DNA of 63,283 nt, filler included, from Hyphochytrium catenoides (taxonomy: Eukaryota > Protista > Hyphochytriomycota), in NCBI GenBank assembly GCA_900088475.1. It is 5 parts of 5 records of this genome, joined end to end, with 100 filler letters (N's around TTAATTAATTAA, not from the genome) between each part and the next. Parts side by side here need not be neighbours in the genome. Positions count along the whole stretch, not along the records: positions 61,219 to 63,283 come from FLMG01001419.1; 4 more parts are not named here. One strand, given 5' to 3'. The translations under genes and the position numbers were made by a program. Positions 62,803-63,283 of the stretch are shown piece by piece (position 1 is the stretch's first letter; every line of letters begins with the position of its first letter). Below the pieces are notes generated by a model that was given only the letters and a program-made list of their open reading frames with translations, searched no databases and had not been told where the DNA came from.

Positions 62803-63283
62803 GTGATCACAGTGTACGCTATGAACAGAACTCAAGCGTGGGCCGCAATAAGCTTTAGCTGAGTGCTTTTCTTCTGGAACTTGATGAATGATTAGTTTGT
62901 GAGCTAGTGCTCTTTAACTGATAACTCTAGCTACATGATGACGCTTCACCAACAAGTGCCATCTTCTACATCACCAATAAGCCTATCTAAACTCACACAG
63001 CTGAGCTCCTCTGAGTCTCTAAGAAGTCCTTCCTTAGCCAGAGAGGGACAAGAAGGGAGGAGGAGTACAAGATAGAAAACCCAAGAGCACCTATCTCCTA
63101 TCCTCAGCCAGGCAGCAGAAAGCCAGTTCCTCTATCGTCTCCATGTGCTTGCAGTCACAGGTTCCCAAGAGATGATGCTACAATGCCACAGTTTCCCGAG
63201 AGATGATGCTGCAATAAGTTCAGCACCACAACTCCTACCACCGCCATATAGTCGTGACGCTCACTCTCGTAACATACTTCCCT

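Noticed and set aside
62836-62853. Possible copia-type primer-binding site (minus strand GCTTATTGCGGCCCA) upstream of gag
   Set aside because: Only loosely similar to GGTTATGGGCCCA, and no LTR pair can be delimited in the window.

Overview
Eukaryotic nuclear DNA with a compact gene layout and mostly short GT-AG introns. The gene content (cilia-related genes, MAF1, EDRF1, HSPBAP1-like) fits a flagellated protist, plausibly a stramenopile alga, but the taxon is inferred only. The window is not contiguous: it is five scaffolds joined by artificial 100-bp spacers (44 N + TTAATTAATTAA + 44 N). Spliced by hand, it contains: the 5' end of a SMARCAL1/ZRANB3-type SNF2 helicase, an N-terminal-motor kinesin, a small MIC13/Mic12-like protein, a coiled-coil protein, a coiled-coil + Tudor + CaaX (…CAIM*) protein, a patatin/PNPLA lipase, a Tudor protein, an F-box + CDK-like + cyclin fusion, an LRR protein, a small ciliary protein, MAF1, an SDE2 carrying extra CCCH and SPRY domains, a JmjC/HSPBAP1-like protein, a helical-repeat protein, EDRF1, an IFT25-like-domain protein and an ankyrin/B-box protein. 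It also holds a ~165-bp satellite, degenerate telomere-like repeats and a decayed Ty1/copia gag. The main observation is one spliced gene joining an F-box, a CDK1/2-like domain with pseudokinase substitutions (HRN, DFA, Y15E) and an A/B-type cyclin. It is a candidate self-contained SCF ubiquitin-ligase adaptor built from a dead CDK-cyclin pair. All gene models are manual and unconfirmed by transcript or database evidence.
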